From positions 29,884,001 to 29,948,000 of the forward strand of contig NC_043004.1 in the NCBI RefSeq assembly GCF_006345805.1: 64,000 nt of DNA, read 5' to 3'. Origin of the DNA: Octopus sinensis. Taxonomy: Eukaryota. The first letter of the stretch is position 1, and each line of letters starts with the position of its first letter. The position numbers and the translations under genes were made by a program. Shown in pieces: positions 1 to 14,034 of this stretch. Below the pieces are notes generated by a model. That model had not been told where the DNA came from. It did no database searches and was given only the letters and a program-made list of their open reading frames with translations.

Positions 1-719
1 TATCCACTATTTTCCCTTTTATTTTGATATGTATAAATATGTATACTATTAACAGTGGTTAATACATTCTGTTTATCTTTCTCACAATGAGAAAAAAAAT
101 TGCATGTATATATATAAAGAATTTCTTCTAATCTTGGTATTTGGAATTAGACACCACATTTATGTCAAAGAACAAAATATTTTCCCATTATCTGTCTGTT
201 TTGTTTTAGTTCTTGTAATTTCCTTTTTCCAAAAAAAAAAAAAAAAAGCAAATTTAACCAAATGAACCAAATATTTTATTAAGTTCTTCATCTTTAGATT
301 GTAAAATTAATCAATTTTTCATCTACAGATTTTAAGTTCCTTAATCCTAACTGTTTCACTTCTCTGTTTGGTATCTGTGTAAAATTTCTATTGAGGTATG
401 TATTCCTGGGTTAGTTGATATCAACGACAATCTCAAAACCACATATCAGTTGAGATCCTATACCCTCTATACACAGTTCTCCATCAGTGTTGTTTATTCC
501 CTCTTATTTATGTTGGGAAGTAATTGAAATGAATCGCTGGATTTCAATGTTGAAATTCTTTTGAAATATCCTTTATGTCTAAGAAGTTAATTTCATTTTT
601 TTAACTTTGATAAAGGATTTTATAAATATACATAGTGTAGTCATTTTCTTTGATTACCTGTGTTGTCTGATATTCAATACATAAATACATACATATATAT
701 ATAATATATATATGTAAGT

Positions 720-730
720 TTGTGTGTGTG

Positions 731-792
<62 letters not shown>
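720..792. repeat. Compound (TG)n(CA)n(TA)n(CA)n microsatellite
   Basis: Dinucleotide tracts read directly; source of the YIYI/CVCV ORFs at 601-861. Confidence 0.95.
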
Positions 793-1456
793 TCCATTCT
801 TTTGAAATGAGTTAAAGCTAAAGAGTCTTTGAATCTGATTCTTTTCAAAAGATTTGTTCATTTTTACTAGTTCTGATCATATGCAATTTTATACCTATCA
901 TACATACTAATAACATTGTTACATTTAGTTGAGAAAAAGCAAAAAAAAATCTCTGCTCCCTGTTAGTATTTATGTTGTATTTAAAATTTTGTTTTATTTC
1001 CCTAAATACTAATTTTTTTTCTTGGCTATGTCTTAAATGTTACTAGCTGATAATGTATTGCATGAAGTATTTCTTCAGTTACTTTGTTTGAATGTATGCT
1101 TTTCCAGTGATATTTCCATGAAACATGGAAATAGATACAAAATTTATTTGCAGTTTATTTAGTCTCTTTTGTTACTGAACCAGATAAAGTATTAGAAATT
1201 GGTTCAGTTTTTAAAAGTCATTCTAGAAGTTTTTTTTTTTTGGTAATAATTTCAAAATCAGTAGTTGGAATGGCTGGCTTCCTTTCAGTTATTTTTAGAA
1301 TTAATGAATGCAATTGGGCAGAATAAATATGTTGTGGTTTATTTGAGCAAATTTAATGTTCTTCTTTATAATTCCTGTCAATCATTTTGGTACAACTATT
1401 TTGAATCCATTTCCTCATAATTCTCTGATTGTATATATAATTGTATGTGTGATATA

Positions 1457-1501
<45 letters not shown>

Positions 1502-3928
1502 ATATATAATGTCTAAATGCTTGCAATCTAATAAGCAGTATGAGAAAAAAATTTACATGCAATCATTTTGAAAGGGTTTTTTCCTTCCTGTATTTATCTT
1601 CACTAAAATTGTTTGTTTTATCATTAATCATCTCTTCTATATTTCAGTTGTTTCTTCATACTTGTTTCTTATTTTAATCATGTCAAAATTTCTCTGAAAT
1701 GTCTCTGATATTTAGGTTATAACCACTCTATGGTTGCTACATTTAAAATAAGTAATTTTAACTTTATGAATTTTATAAAAATTTCACTTTCTTTTAGTAA
1801 AAAAAAAAAAGAAATTAATAGATTTTAATTTAGTGTTAAAATTAATTGTGCATGTTTATAAGTGTATTGATTAAAAATAGTGATTTATTATTCCATAATT
1901 AAATCATGTGACAAAATAATTTCATGGAAATTATAAATTCTAAAATTATGCTGAAATATCTACCTAAAAAATTACCATCCCTTCACAATGTCCTCCATTT
2001 GATTGTAAGATTAAACACTCTGAACAACACCAGCATGTTTGTATCTGTTCATCTGTAGAAGGAAAAGAAGATATACCATTGTATATAATTCTTTCAATTC
2101 TTCACAACCAAATGCATATAATATTAATTTTTTTCTGATTGTTTTGAGGTGGAAGGATTTACAATATTTTTTTTAATAAATTTTGATTTTTGTCTTCCAC
2201 TTTTTAAAATTTTTCTTTTTCCTTCATCAATTTAAAATTGTCAATTTTTCTTTGCTCTATCAAGAAAGTTGTCAAATGAAACAGTTGATCTTTTTGAGAA
2301 AATATATTTTTAAATAATTTAAAGGAAATAAAACCATTTCATGATCATTCCATAATGTAAATCCTTCCATATCACTACATGATCAGTTTGTACAAGTTAT
2401 AGGCCTGGCGTGGAAATGGGGGTTGGCATGAGGCATTGTGTTGATATCACTCAGAACATTTCTCATAAGTCTTTCAACATTTTAGTGCATATTATTTTCA
2501 TTACCAAATTATTTTTCAAAAACAACAAAAAGAAAAGTTTATTTTTATATATATTTTTGTTTTTTGGAAAATGAAATTCAGCATAATTTTGATAATTAAT
2601 CAAACCTATAAATGTTGTACAATGAGCAATTTCTTGCAAGGCATCTGTGGTATATGTTGATATATATATATTTATAAGTGTTTCTGTGCTTAAATATAAC
2701 AAAACCAATCTGAAAGTGACCAAGAACAGAGAGGCTAGAGTTTCATTTTTATTGAGTTGAACTTTATATATCTGCACAGAAATTCTTGGTTTAAATTATA
2801 AATATTAACATCTAGTCTAGTTATACAACTTACTGAAATGCAAATAAACTTGAGTTGTGAATGCTATATTGTAATAAAGCTAGATTTGAGTCTTTTCAAA
2901 ATGTCCTGAATCTGAACAAATTAGTTGCAGGTTATTATGGAATAATAAAGAAATGATTTCATACAGTTCTGTGATGCTGAATGTCAGAAAAAAACAAAAC
3001 AAAGAAATGCGCTTGTATATATGAATACATAGGGTTCAAAACAATTTCTAGATTTAATTTGTAGATGTATATAATGGCTTTAATTTGAGGTAGGGATGGG
3101 TTGATTTGTTAGAGAGAGATTTTATAGAATGGTGACAATTTACACAGCAGTGTCAGCACACTATGCATATCTTTCTCTACAAAAACACTTGAAAAAAAAA
3201 TGGAAACACGTATTTGCCATTTGATACAGGTTTACTCATTGCTAAAAGATGAATAAAATAAAAATGTATAGTATTTTTTTATTTAAATTTTGTTCTACTG
3301 ATAGCCTGAAGTATTCTTTATTAAGAATTACCTTAATATCATGCAATATATCACAATATTCTGCCTTAATGTTAAATGTTGATTTTTATTCCATTAAAAA
3401 AATTTTTTTTTATTACTTTTTAACTCTACACATTGTGCTCAAATGTATTGACTGGAATATTATAAAAAGAAAAACGTTTCTGCTCATTTCTGTTGGTTCA
3501 CTGCAATGTCTATGTTTTTGTAGCAATGTATAACTGGTTCAATATCTGTGTACCAATTGGAGTTTGTTAATGCATCTTTTGTTGCAGCACATTAGTCATA
3601 TAGAATACAAAAATATGCAGTTGTATGTGTGTGTATATGTATGTGAGTGTATAATATGCATATATTATGCAGGTATTTGTTTTGGTGGCTCTATCTTTAT
3701 GCATATAACATTTGTATTTCTTGAGAGATTTTTCTTTATTTTTCATACAGTGTTCTGAATATTATATTTCAATGCTTCCTTTTATTTTGTTATTTTTTTA
3801 ATTAGCCTTTTTTTTATTTAACATAAAATTTTGTAAAAATGATTATGAATATCAAATTGAATTTCAAAAAAATTACTACAAAAACTGCCATTTTGTAAAT
3901 AACATTCTTTACACACACACACACACAC

Positions 3929-3976
<48 letters not shown>

Positions 3977-4155
3977 GAAAAATTTAAATTATTTGAATAG
4001 TTTGTTTTTCAAGCCATTTAGATTGTAAGAAGACAAATATTTTGATAAATTTTTTTTCCTGTTTAAATACTCCTGCCCCCTTTTAATTTTCTTTCCTAAA
4101 CAAAGTATTTTAAACTGCAGTTTCATGCAAATGTTATATATACATATATATATAT

Positions 4156-4193
<38 letters not shown>

Positions 4194-4877
4194 GCTACAT
4201 ACATCACAGTCACTCTACATATTTCTCATTGTAAATAATTACTGCTATTGTTATTGGTTCCTGTGGAACAAAATTGAAAAATTGTGCTTGTTTGAGTTAC
4301 ACTTTTTTTTCCTTTCCATTAAATGTTTCATTCAGAAAGTTGTATTTGGCCTATACTGATTAAAATATCAGTTCATTTTATAGTCTGTTTCTCTTTCCCT
4401 CAAATTTTATATTTTTATGTGTTTTTTATATAAATATAAAATTGTACATTGTTGTTGAATATTCATATTTCAAAGAATATTAACAAAGTTCTTGCATTGA
4501 CTTGTATGTTTTTCTTTCACAACTTTCTGCTTCATTCTGTTATCATACATAACATTATATCTCTTTAAACTACATTTGTTGCAATAGAGATTTAAATTTG
4601 TTACTATTAACTTGTTAAAGATGATTTAGATGATATGATGCCAAGTACATGTAAATAAAATATGTTAAAAAGGAAATGTCTGTAGTCATTTTCAGTATGT
4701 AATAGAAATATATCTGATGATATATGCTCTCTTCCCATATAGAAATGGAACTAGAATTTAGCTATCGACAGAGTAATGCTGTTTATATATTGTTTTATAA
4801 TCTGAACTGTTCTTTTTTTTGTTAGTTGTTATAATAACATCCATAATATGATAGCATATTAAGACAATGCCAATGTC

Positions 4878-5203
4878 TGTGACACTCCTGATGAAATCCT
4901 ACTGTTTAGTGGGTGGAGGAGTGATTATATTAGAAGTGTGCTGATGGCAGACTTGCATGCTACTCCCATCATTGCAGTATGTTACTAATAAGCATTCTTG
5001 AAGGTTGCTTCCCAGTGAAGAATTTGTAACAGGAACTACACAATAACAGTGGTTGTGAACAATACCTTGCTATTGTACATATTTAGATTTGTGTTCATTC
5101 ATTATCACTTTTTATTTTTACTGGAGTCACTGAAACTGCAAGCAACAATCATCCAGTTATTGAGAGAAGCCTCTAAAAAGTTGTTTGATATCCTAGAAAT
5201 AAC
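4878..5203 (+). mobile_element. ~330-bp interspersed repeat, copy 1, with a decayed hammerhead-like 5' end
   Basis: Colinear with 13694-14031 along its whole length; starts ACACTC-CTGATGA (4888-4894) with partly complementary GAAGTGT at 4933-4939. Confidence 0.75.
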
Positions 5204-6458
5204 AGTGACGTTACCCTCAAATTACATTCTTTTTTTAATAAAAAAAGAACACATTGCATAATGTAGTCCATGATGTATATATAAAGTCATGGCTGGAACA
5301 TCTTTTGATTATAGGCCTGCCTTATTAGGATTGACCTGAGGCTAAGCAACTATTTCTCATCAACAATCTATTCTAATATTATTTTTACCAATTACTATTT
5401 TACCTTTGTCATATCCACATAATTGACAATGTTTCCATGGTTTCTGCAACCATTTACAAGTTCACAGTTACAATCTCCACAGTGTTTCACTTTCAAAGTC
5501 CCTGTTTCCATGGTTCAAATATATTGAGATGATGGGGAGGCCAGTCTGATTGCAGACTGCCATCTATTGCGGTCCACCTTGTCAACTTCCAGTACATAAG
5601 GCAGTGATGGTATGGCCATCAAGTGGAATTTAAACTCAGAACTATTTAAAGAGCTAGAGCAAATATTGCAACACATTGTCCAGTAGTCTAACAGTCCTGC
5701 TAAGCCATTGTTGTGGACATGTAATTTGTTAACTTTATAAAGTTACAAAAGACAACATTGAACTCAGAGTTTGGGCAGATATTTCAAGTGATCCTACTTA
5801 ATGTTCTAATGACTCAGCTATTCCACTGCCATGGAATCAGCTTGGCTTTATTTGATATTATTTATATTCATATATTTGCATTGCTTTTGATATAATCCCT
5901 TATGTGTACAATTATGTTTCCAAAGGGTTTATTTATCTATTGTAATTAGTTTCATTTAGCCAGCATAATTGCAAGTTGCACAGATCTGCTTTAGATAGAT
6001 AAAACTCTCAGCACTTCCATTTGTGCTTTGATAGGAGCAAATATAGCTCAGAAAATAATAGGCTTTGTGTAGAATTTATAATGAAAATATATTATAGATT
6101 ATCGCATTGTTAGTTATTGTTGATAGTAAGTAATAACTCTTGTATTAATGTTATTAATTTAAAGAGCTATTAAGTTTCCTGTGATTTTCAATTTAAAATA
6201 ATCTGTTGTTGAATAACTACATAAGTGAAAACATGTTTTGACAGTTTCATTGCTACAGGTGTGTGTGTGTATGAAAATAAGTAGAAATAATGAAACAGAG
6301 TTACCATATTTTACATTTACTGCTGTCAAGATGGTTAATGTCAGTCAACTCCCTATATATATTGTATATTTAAAGATGGTATCCTAATATGGCTGCAGTT
6401 CAATGGTTGAAACTAATAAAAGAATAAGAAAATATCCACAGTAGCTGAGACAGTAAGA

Positions 6459-6725
6459 ATGAGAAACTACTGGAATGCCGGAGACTCTGAACCAAAGAAG
6501 ACTGGTTCATTGCTATATTTTAGTGTCAGCTTCCCAAAGATTACACGTGTACCTTTTAATGAATTCATGGCTAAAGAAATGGAAAAAGAAGAAAAAATCT
6601 TGAGAAATCTTTCAACCGGTGGCAGTAATGATGCTGAAATCAGGTTCATTTTATAATATAAATATTCTTAGTTAAATAAATATTGTTTCAGTCTCAGCGT
6701 GAAATATGAACTGGAAGATACTTTG
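6459..6725 (+). other. Candidate coding exons of an unidentified protein
   Basis: Non-repetitive ORF MRNYWNAG...SNDAEI; possible 48-nt GT..TTTCAG intron 6644-6691 keeps frame into SLSVKYELEDTL, followed by a GTAAGT donor at 6726; no family recognised. Confidence 0.25.
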
Positions 6726-7182
6726 GTAAGTATTTGTTAAACTATGTTTGGAAGCCCCTGGAGGAAACTGAAGCTGAAGGAAGAAAAACTCAAGGAAATA
6801 ACAAAATTAAAAAAAAATTACTTTGGTATAAAGTATTTATTTGTTTTTAACATTTCTTTTTAATAGTATTATTGTATTTCAGTATGTTTTATTAATTGTG
6901 CTTTTTAAATGTTATCATTATGTTGCATCATCAAAATATGATTGTTTGGGTTTGCTTGTGTTAGTTTCTTGAAGAGACCATCTTGATTCTCTTAAAACTA
7001 CCTTTTTGCTGTATTTTTGAACTTATGCATATCCTGTAATGTGTTTTTCTTGAGTATCTCTAATTCTTAAAATCACTGTGTTTCATGTTATTTAAAAAGT
7101 TTTCGTGTTTGGTATCTGCAGTTAATATTTATAAAGTGTTGTTTTCTGCCAAAGGCTTTGTGAATAGAGGGTAGGGACCTTA

Positions 7183-7228
7183 TTAGCTGATGAAATTTTC
7201 ATGTACTAGTCAACGAAATATGTACTCA
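7183..7228 (+). ncRNA. Decayed type I hammerhead-like motif
   Basis: TTAG-CTGATGA(7187-7193)...GTCAAC-GAAA(7215-7218)-TATG-TA-CTCA; stems I and II eroded. Confidence 0.3.
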
Positions 7229-8999
7229 TTAACCTTCAAAATTGCAAGAATGTTAATAGCCAGATTTTTTTTTACAGCAAATAGGTCCAAACTGCCTTAT
7301 TAGAAAAACTGAATTTAATTGGTTATGGAAAGTTCAGTGAAATGGTAGGAGTAGTAGATCATTTACTTATATCTATGTTCTGAAATCATATCTTGCTAGA
7401 GTTGATTTAGCTGTTTGTCCTTGCAGAATTGATAAAACCAGTACATGCAGTATACATGGACTTAATTCATTTGATTGTCTTTCTTCCTTACAGTTTTGTA
7501 GGTGTGAGAAAATCAGAAACCCTTATTAGTTATTAACAAAACCTTTTGTCCATAGAATTCTATAATTGTATCTGTACATGTCCATCTCAGATGTCTCTAA
7601 TAATAATCCACATTAAATATTTATTAATATACACACCATATCTTTTGTCCTGCATCTATTAAAATCACTTGGCTATTGTTTTTCTTCATTTTCAAACCAT
7701 TTCAGATACAGCAAGCTCTCAGAGCAACAAACAATACCTTGCTTCATCAAGGTCAAACGTTCACAGCCGTTCTTTGTTATTGGTTTCAAGTTAAATTTTA
7801 TAACTTATCACCAGAGAAGTGACTGTTAAATTTACTGCTTTGATGTTTTACATTTTTATTTACTGTTGAAATTACTTCCTTCTGTTCACTTCAGCCATAA
7901 ACTATTTTCTTATCCAGACATACTAAACTCAGTAGCATTGTGTTTCACTCAGGTGACACATAGCTATGGTAGTTAGATTCATATCCATCATTTGAATATC
8001 ATTACAACTATTTGTATTGAAAGATTTGTTTCACTATATATGTTGTCTTTATAATATATTCGTTGAGAAATATATTCATTTATCATAATTTACAACAAAT
8101 TATTTTATGTGAAATTTGCAATCCATTTAGTAAATTTTTCATTTTACTTCAAAATTTTGAAGTTAACTGCTGAAGATTTTAATAAGAATGTTTGTGTGGG
8201 AAAAGTCGTGCTTTACATATGTTGTATGGAGTACTATATACGTTTCTATTTGTTGTACTCTGTACTACATATGTTAGTGTGTAGTCTGGAATATACCATA
8301 TTATGTGGTACTAATTGCACTCTGTATTACAGTAAGTAATAATTAAATTGAAAGTGTGAGCAAATGAGAGAGAGAAAGAAAATTATTCAAATTAAGTTAA
8401 ATCTAAAGATTGTGCTTCTGATTTATACTGTGTTGTACATAAATTGATACATGTTAATTAATGATGAACAGTCAAAAGCACAACTATGCAAATTAGGCCA
8501 ACCACCACACTGCTAGCCCAATTCACGACTGCTTTAGCAACAAATCTATGTTATTTATTGGAAAGGAAGCCAGGTATGTTTTCTTTGTGGACTGGTCAAC
8601 AAACTGTGATATGGTCTCTCAAGAGAGTCCGCACCTCTTCATCTACACATCAGTAATAGAGAAAGACTGTGTTTACATTCTTATTTAATCCACAGTGAGG
8701 CTTTTTAATATTCAAATTTAATTTTTAGTTGTTTATAAAATCATGACCTTACATGTGCCTTACAAAAAAATGAGTTTCAGTGGTACAGGTTTCCCATTCT
8801 CTGCATCTTGCTCAAAAATTATCTTTGCTGTATATTTTACACAGCATGGACTTCATATACACAGTTCTTTTATTCATTTATTGATTAGTACATCAAAGAA
8901 GAATATATATATAACTTTTTATCTGTCTTATATATATATATGAGTGTGTGTGTGTGTGTGTGTGCGCGCTCCTCTCCTTCTGCTATAGTTTCTTTCTCC

Positions 9000-9222
9000 A
9001 GTCCATGCTTCACTCAGTTGAGGGGCCTTGTAGGTACTAAGGACCCTCACCAGTGTTGGTGCCACATAAAAAAACACCTAGTATATTCAGTTATGTGGTT
9101 GGCATTAGGAAGGGCATCCAGCTATAGAAACCATGCCAAAGCAGACACAGAACCTGGCTTGTCTGTTTTTGTCAAACCATTCAACCCATGCCAGCATGAA
9201 AAATGGGATGTTAAATGATGAT
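9000..9222 (+). mobile_element. RTE-tail-like retroposon (ends ...GGATGTTAAATGATG)
   Basis: Shares GGTTGGCATTAGGAAGGGCATCCAGCT...AACCCATGCCAGCATGAAAA with many copies in the window. Confidence 0.8.
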
Positions 9223-10084
9223 ATTTTATATATGGAAATACCTTAACTATTAAATATAAAATCTAAATCACTTTTAATTAATGTTGCTTATTATTCTAAC
9301 TGATACTACTACCATAAATTTCACTAGGGATTCCTTTTGGTCAGGGACCAGGATAATTTTTGCTATATTATTTTATCTATTTATAGCTCTAATGAAAGGG
9401 GTCAATTCCAGAACAGAGAGATACAAAGTGACTTACATAGACCACCCAGCCTTGCATGCTAACACCTAAGTCATATTAATTAACTTTCATTTGCCAAAAT
9501 ATGCAAATTAGTTCCTTAAAAAAAAATTGTAAACATTTTTTCTAATGTTTAATGTTGTTTAGTGGTTTTAAATCATTGTTTTGAATAGGTAGAATAATTC
9601 AAACTGTCGCTATAGTCGTCACTAATTACTATCTCTGGAAGTATCTATTATGTACTTCTTGTTAGTATTTCTTGATTTATCAGGAAATGTTTAAAATTAC
9701 TATCTCTACTATAAGTTAGTATTGACGTATTTAATGAAAGGAACATCACAAAAGAATTTATTCGCTGAATATTTCTAAAATACACTTTGAAAATACTTTT
9801 ATATACAAGATTTTCTAGATTTTTTCAGATATAAGGGAAATTCTGTAGAACACTCTGCTCAGTGGCAACATTGTTTTGATGTTGTTGAGTAGCTACACAA
9901 GTTGTTTCAAGTTATGAGAGAAAGTTGCTAAATATACTGGCGAAATTGATGTACAAATGGGGATATATAATTATCAGAATTTTATAAACTTACCAGAGAA
10001 TATGAAATAATTCGTTTTTTGAATAATTTCATCCATAGTACAGTATTTTTATGGGCTGTGTGTTTGTGTGTGTGTGTAAAGAGT

Positions 10085-10283
10085 TTTTGGCTTTAAGGGT
10101 ATTGCAAAAGGCCTGGTTAGAGGCCCAACTTTCCAAGTTCATTTACAAGGCTTAGGAAAATTGGAGGATGGCCGCAATAAGTGTGTGAATCTGAGAGGGG
10201 AATGTGTTGAGAAAAATCATAATTAACTGATCTTCTTGTATTTTCTTTTACTCAAAGCTAGGAACTTTTCAGCACCTCCTTGT
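10085..10283 (+). mobile_element. Mariner 3' fragment
   Basis: Degenerate C-terminus GLGKLEDGRNKCVNLRGECVE followed by a TIR-like GGAACTTTTCAGCACCTCCTTG. Confidence 0.6.
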
Positions 10284-10379
10284 GTATATGGTCATTTCAT
10301 CATGTTGAACTTTTAATCCCTACACATTTTTTTCTCTTTTTATTTATTTATTTTTCTTTTGTTCTCTATTTTTTCCCTC

Positions 10380-10520
10380 TCAACCCTTTCTTTTGAATAA
10401 TGTAGGCTTGAAGCATCAAAGACTTTCCATTCTTCCTGAGCATCAAACTAATATACCTGCTTGTTGTTCCCTCACTTGTCTTTGTTTTTTTTGTTTTCTA
10501 TAATTTTGAACTATATATAT
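10380..10520 (+). mobile_element. Decayed copy of the short (TA)-associated HHR-bearing element (family of 62596-62770)
   Basis: Reverse complement matches ACAGGTGTATTAGT...GCTC.GGAA...AAGTCTTT seen at 19600, 56815 and 62596; abuts (TA)n. Confidence 0.6.
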
Positions 10521-11604
10521 ACACATACACACACACAAACTCCCTAAAATGTACTATACTCTTTAGGAACAAGTTGCATGATGACAGTAGCCTAAGTATT
10601 TGCTAGATAATATCCAGTTGTTTTTGGTAATTCTGTTAAAATTGCAGTGGGGAACCCTCTCATCAATGGGCAAAAGTTTCAACATCACCATCACCTACTA
10701 TTCCTACATTTATATTTTTAATCACCAGCTGAGAGTTTCTAAAACCCTATATGAATAAAAACAATTTGAGTCTTCAGACCAAACAGTAGTTTTACAGAAT
10801 TAACATGCTTACAAATTTTTCTCAGTATTGATGTGACTCCTGCAGTTTCTTGTTTGCATGTGAATTTATTTCTGGAAAATCACATTTTAGGGATGATATA
10901 ACAGAATCATATAAGTTAATGGGATTTACTTTTTAAAGAGAAATAGTATGTGTGTGTATATATCTGAATAAATGATAGGATGTGTGTGTATTATGTTGGT
11001 AGAAATATAGGATGTTACAGATAGATATTGTGAAGGTAGTATCACTCCACTTGTCATCATAGCTTCACATTTGGGCAGGGATCTTGAGATATACTGTATC
11101 ATACTGGCCTATTGCATTTGTTAGCACAGATCAGCAAACAATTTAATCAGCTTCAGTACTCCTCTGGTACTTTATTTCATCTGAAGGATGAATGGTAATG
11201 TTGGACTTGGTGGGATTAAAACTCAGAACATTAAAGTGTTGGATTAAATACCAAAAGACATTTATTCTGCTCCTATAATTCTGCCAATTGACTGCTTTGT
11301 TTTCAAAATCTATATTTCTTGTGGATAAGAACTTTCCAATCTATTTACTCTGAAGTATAAATGTATCAATAACATTTTTGTATAATTTCTAAATTTATGT
11401 AAGAAATGCACATCATATTCCCATTCTCTTACATATACTAGCAATGTTGAAACTTCAGTATTTAGGCTCAGACTTTGTGAATTCTTTTCCTCACTTTTTT
11501 TGTATTTTCATTTCAGATGAACATGAGGTTAATGTTTAATTTCAATATAACAACAAAACAATGTATTTAACTAACCATTATAAATGTTTCATGTTACTTG
11601 GACT

Positions 11605-11965
11605 GAATTGTTTTAAATATTGAGTATGGCTGTCTATACTTATTGCTTTTGATGTTTGACAGGGTGGATTGTTTGTATTTCTGTTTCTCTTTGTGTTTAA
11701 CAAGTCGGCTGGAGTAGACTGCACTTGTTTCTTTTTTCTCTTTATGTTTAACAGGGTGGCTGGGATGGATTATTTTTATTGCTATTTCTTTACATGTTTG
11801 ACAGGTTGGCTGGGGTAGATTGCACATTTTGTTTCTTTTATGTTTAACAGTGTGACTGGGGTGGATTGCATGTTTCTTGTTTACTGGGATGACTCATACA
11901 GGTTTCTGTTTCTCTTCATGTTTAGCAGGGTAGTTGGGGTAGATTGTCTATTTCTCTTTATGTGG
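11605..11965. repeat. Degenerate minisatellite, ~45-60-bp unit, ~6-7 copies
   Basis: Recurring TTTATGTTTAACAGGGTGGCTGGG(G)TAGATTG...TTTCTCT. Confidence 0.8.
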
Positions 11966-12519
11966 AAGCTTTTTTATTTCAATTATTCACCTCATATTGT
12001 TTCATGAAAATACTTTTCACCTAATGTTTCAAACTTGCCTTTTTGTATATTCTAAATTACTCTTCATATTCTTCTTTCTCTTGCCTTTTTTTGTCTGTTT
12101 TGAAGTTTTATTATCTTTGGGAGATTTGTCATCTAATTGTAGTCTCCATGCTATTATGTTCTATATTTTCACATTTCAAACTTTGTTCTATATTCTTCTA
12201 TCAAGTTACAGGCAAAAATAGAAACAAAATGGACATATAATTATTAAACGTCTATCATTAGTCCTTCATTTAATTATTGAGGTAACTTTACCACTCTGTT
12301 GCTATTATTCTCTCTTTACACAAACTGTATATGTAATGCAACATTTATGCAACTGATTCTTTATAGTACATTGCATGTTCTCATTGTACATCACAGGAAC
12401 TATCAAAATTTATCACCACAATTTCTATTATTGTAGTCACTTTTCAGGATTTCAGACTTTCTTTGAAGAAAATTGAATTCTATCTATAAAAAAGAATTCA
12501 ATATTTTGAAATTTATGTT

Positions 12520-12680
12520 TGAACTGTATATATAAGATGTTTGTTTCACAACTACTTCATTTGATTTTGGGTTTAGTCCCACTGCATGGCACCTTGTCCA
12601 AGTGTCTTCTGTAACATTGGGCCAGCTGCAATCTTAGTTAAATTTGGTAGACTGAAAGTGTTCAAGCCCATTTGATATGT
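12520..12680 (+). mobile_element. Old tRNA-derived CORE-like SINE copy
   Basis: GGGTTTAGTCCCACTGCATGGCACCTTGTCCAAGTGTCTTCT matches the family at 32851. Confidence 0.7.
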
Positions 12681-13693
12681 ATATATGTGTATGAATTTGT
12701 GTGTGTGTTTACATTTTGTGCTTTGTGTAGACATTTACTGGACTGTGGATGATATTTTCTTTTTTCATTTCCCTATCAGCAAATTATCTGAGCTTTGCAC
12801 TTTCTAAGATGAATGGAATGAAATCTCCTTTACTTGAAAAACAAGTAAGGGTTAGTGACAGTGAGAACAAGCAGCTGTACAGCAATTGTTCAGCAATATG
12901 TATACATCTAACTCATGCTAGCATGGAAAAATGAACATAAAACAAATGAACAATATATAATATAGTTTTCCTGTGAAATGAATCTTTTAGGCACACTACA
13001 AGCTATAGTCTCTCAAAAACTTGACAATGGTTAACAAAGCCAAAAGCACCATGGAAGCTATATTGTTCCATAACCATTTCCACTAGAACTTTCACTAAAT
13101 TCCTATTGAAAGCCAGATATATTTCAAACCTAAACTACATTATACTGAATTTTATTTTTTTCCATGTTTTTGAATTCTCTGTGGTTATTTTTCTCTTGCA
13201 GACTGTGATTTTTCATACCTAATACAAACCCAATTATTTCTTCTAAATTTTGGATTGAAGATTACTTCTTCAATTAATTAATTAACTAGGGTTATTTTTG
13301 AAACCAAGAATATTTATTATTAGTTTCAGCCAACTTAAAAGCTTTTTTGTTTTTAAAAATAGAAAACAATAATTTGCAGCATTTGATTCTTTGAAATAAT
13401 TTTCTTTTCATTTATGTATTGATTGATGTTTATTTTTCAACACATGAAAATAGCTGGGTGTCACCCCCCCCCCGTTTCAATGCTCAGTGCATACTGAAAT
13501 TGGGATTGGCATAAGGAAGGGCATTCAGTTGTAGAGACTATACCAAAGCAGAATGAGAACCTATTGGGTCCCATCAAAACTATCCAGTCTGTGCCAGCAT
13601 GGAACCTGGACTAATGAGGATTACTTCATGAAATAGAAAGGCTTTTATGGTAGTTCATAAAAAAATTTGTTATTGTTTTGTCAATATTTTAAT

Positions 13694-14031
13694 TGTGACA
13701 CTCCTGATGAAATCCCACTGTTGGGTGGAGGGAATGATTATTGTAGAAGTGTGCTGATAGCAATCATAAATATGCTCTTATCATTGCAGTATATTTCTAA
13801 TAAGCATTCTTGAGATCTGCTTCCCAATTAAGAATTTGTCGCAGGAACTATACAGTAAAGAAAAGTTATGAACAGTTCCTCCCTATTTTACATATTTAGA
13901 TTTGTGTTTGCTCATTGTAACTTTATATCTTCACTGGAGAGACAATGAAATTGCAAGCAACAATCATTCAGCTACTTGATTGGCTATTGAGAGAAACCAC
14001 TAAATGGTTGTTTGATATGCTTGAAAATAAC
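13694..14031 (+). mobile_element. ~330-bp interspersed repeat, copy 2, with a decayed hammerhead-like 5' end
   Basis: Colinear with 4878-5203; CTGATGA 13704-13710, GTA-GAAGTGT 13743-13752. Confidence 0.75.
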
Positions 14032-14034
14032 TGG

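Noticed and set aside
4888-4945. C/D-box snoRNA (TGATGA...CTGA)
   Set aside because: Part of a longer ~330-bp dispersed repeat; no terminal stem or recognisable rRNA guide; better explained as an HHR fossil
10725-10782. Minus-strand CTGAAGA...GAAAC as a hammerhead
   Set aside because: Stems I, II and III do not pair convincingly
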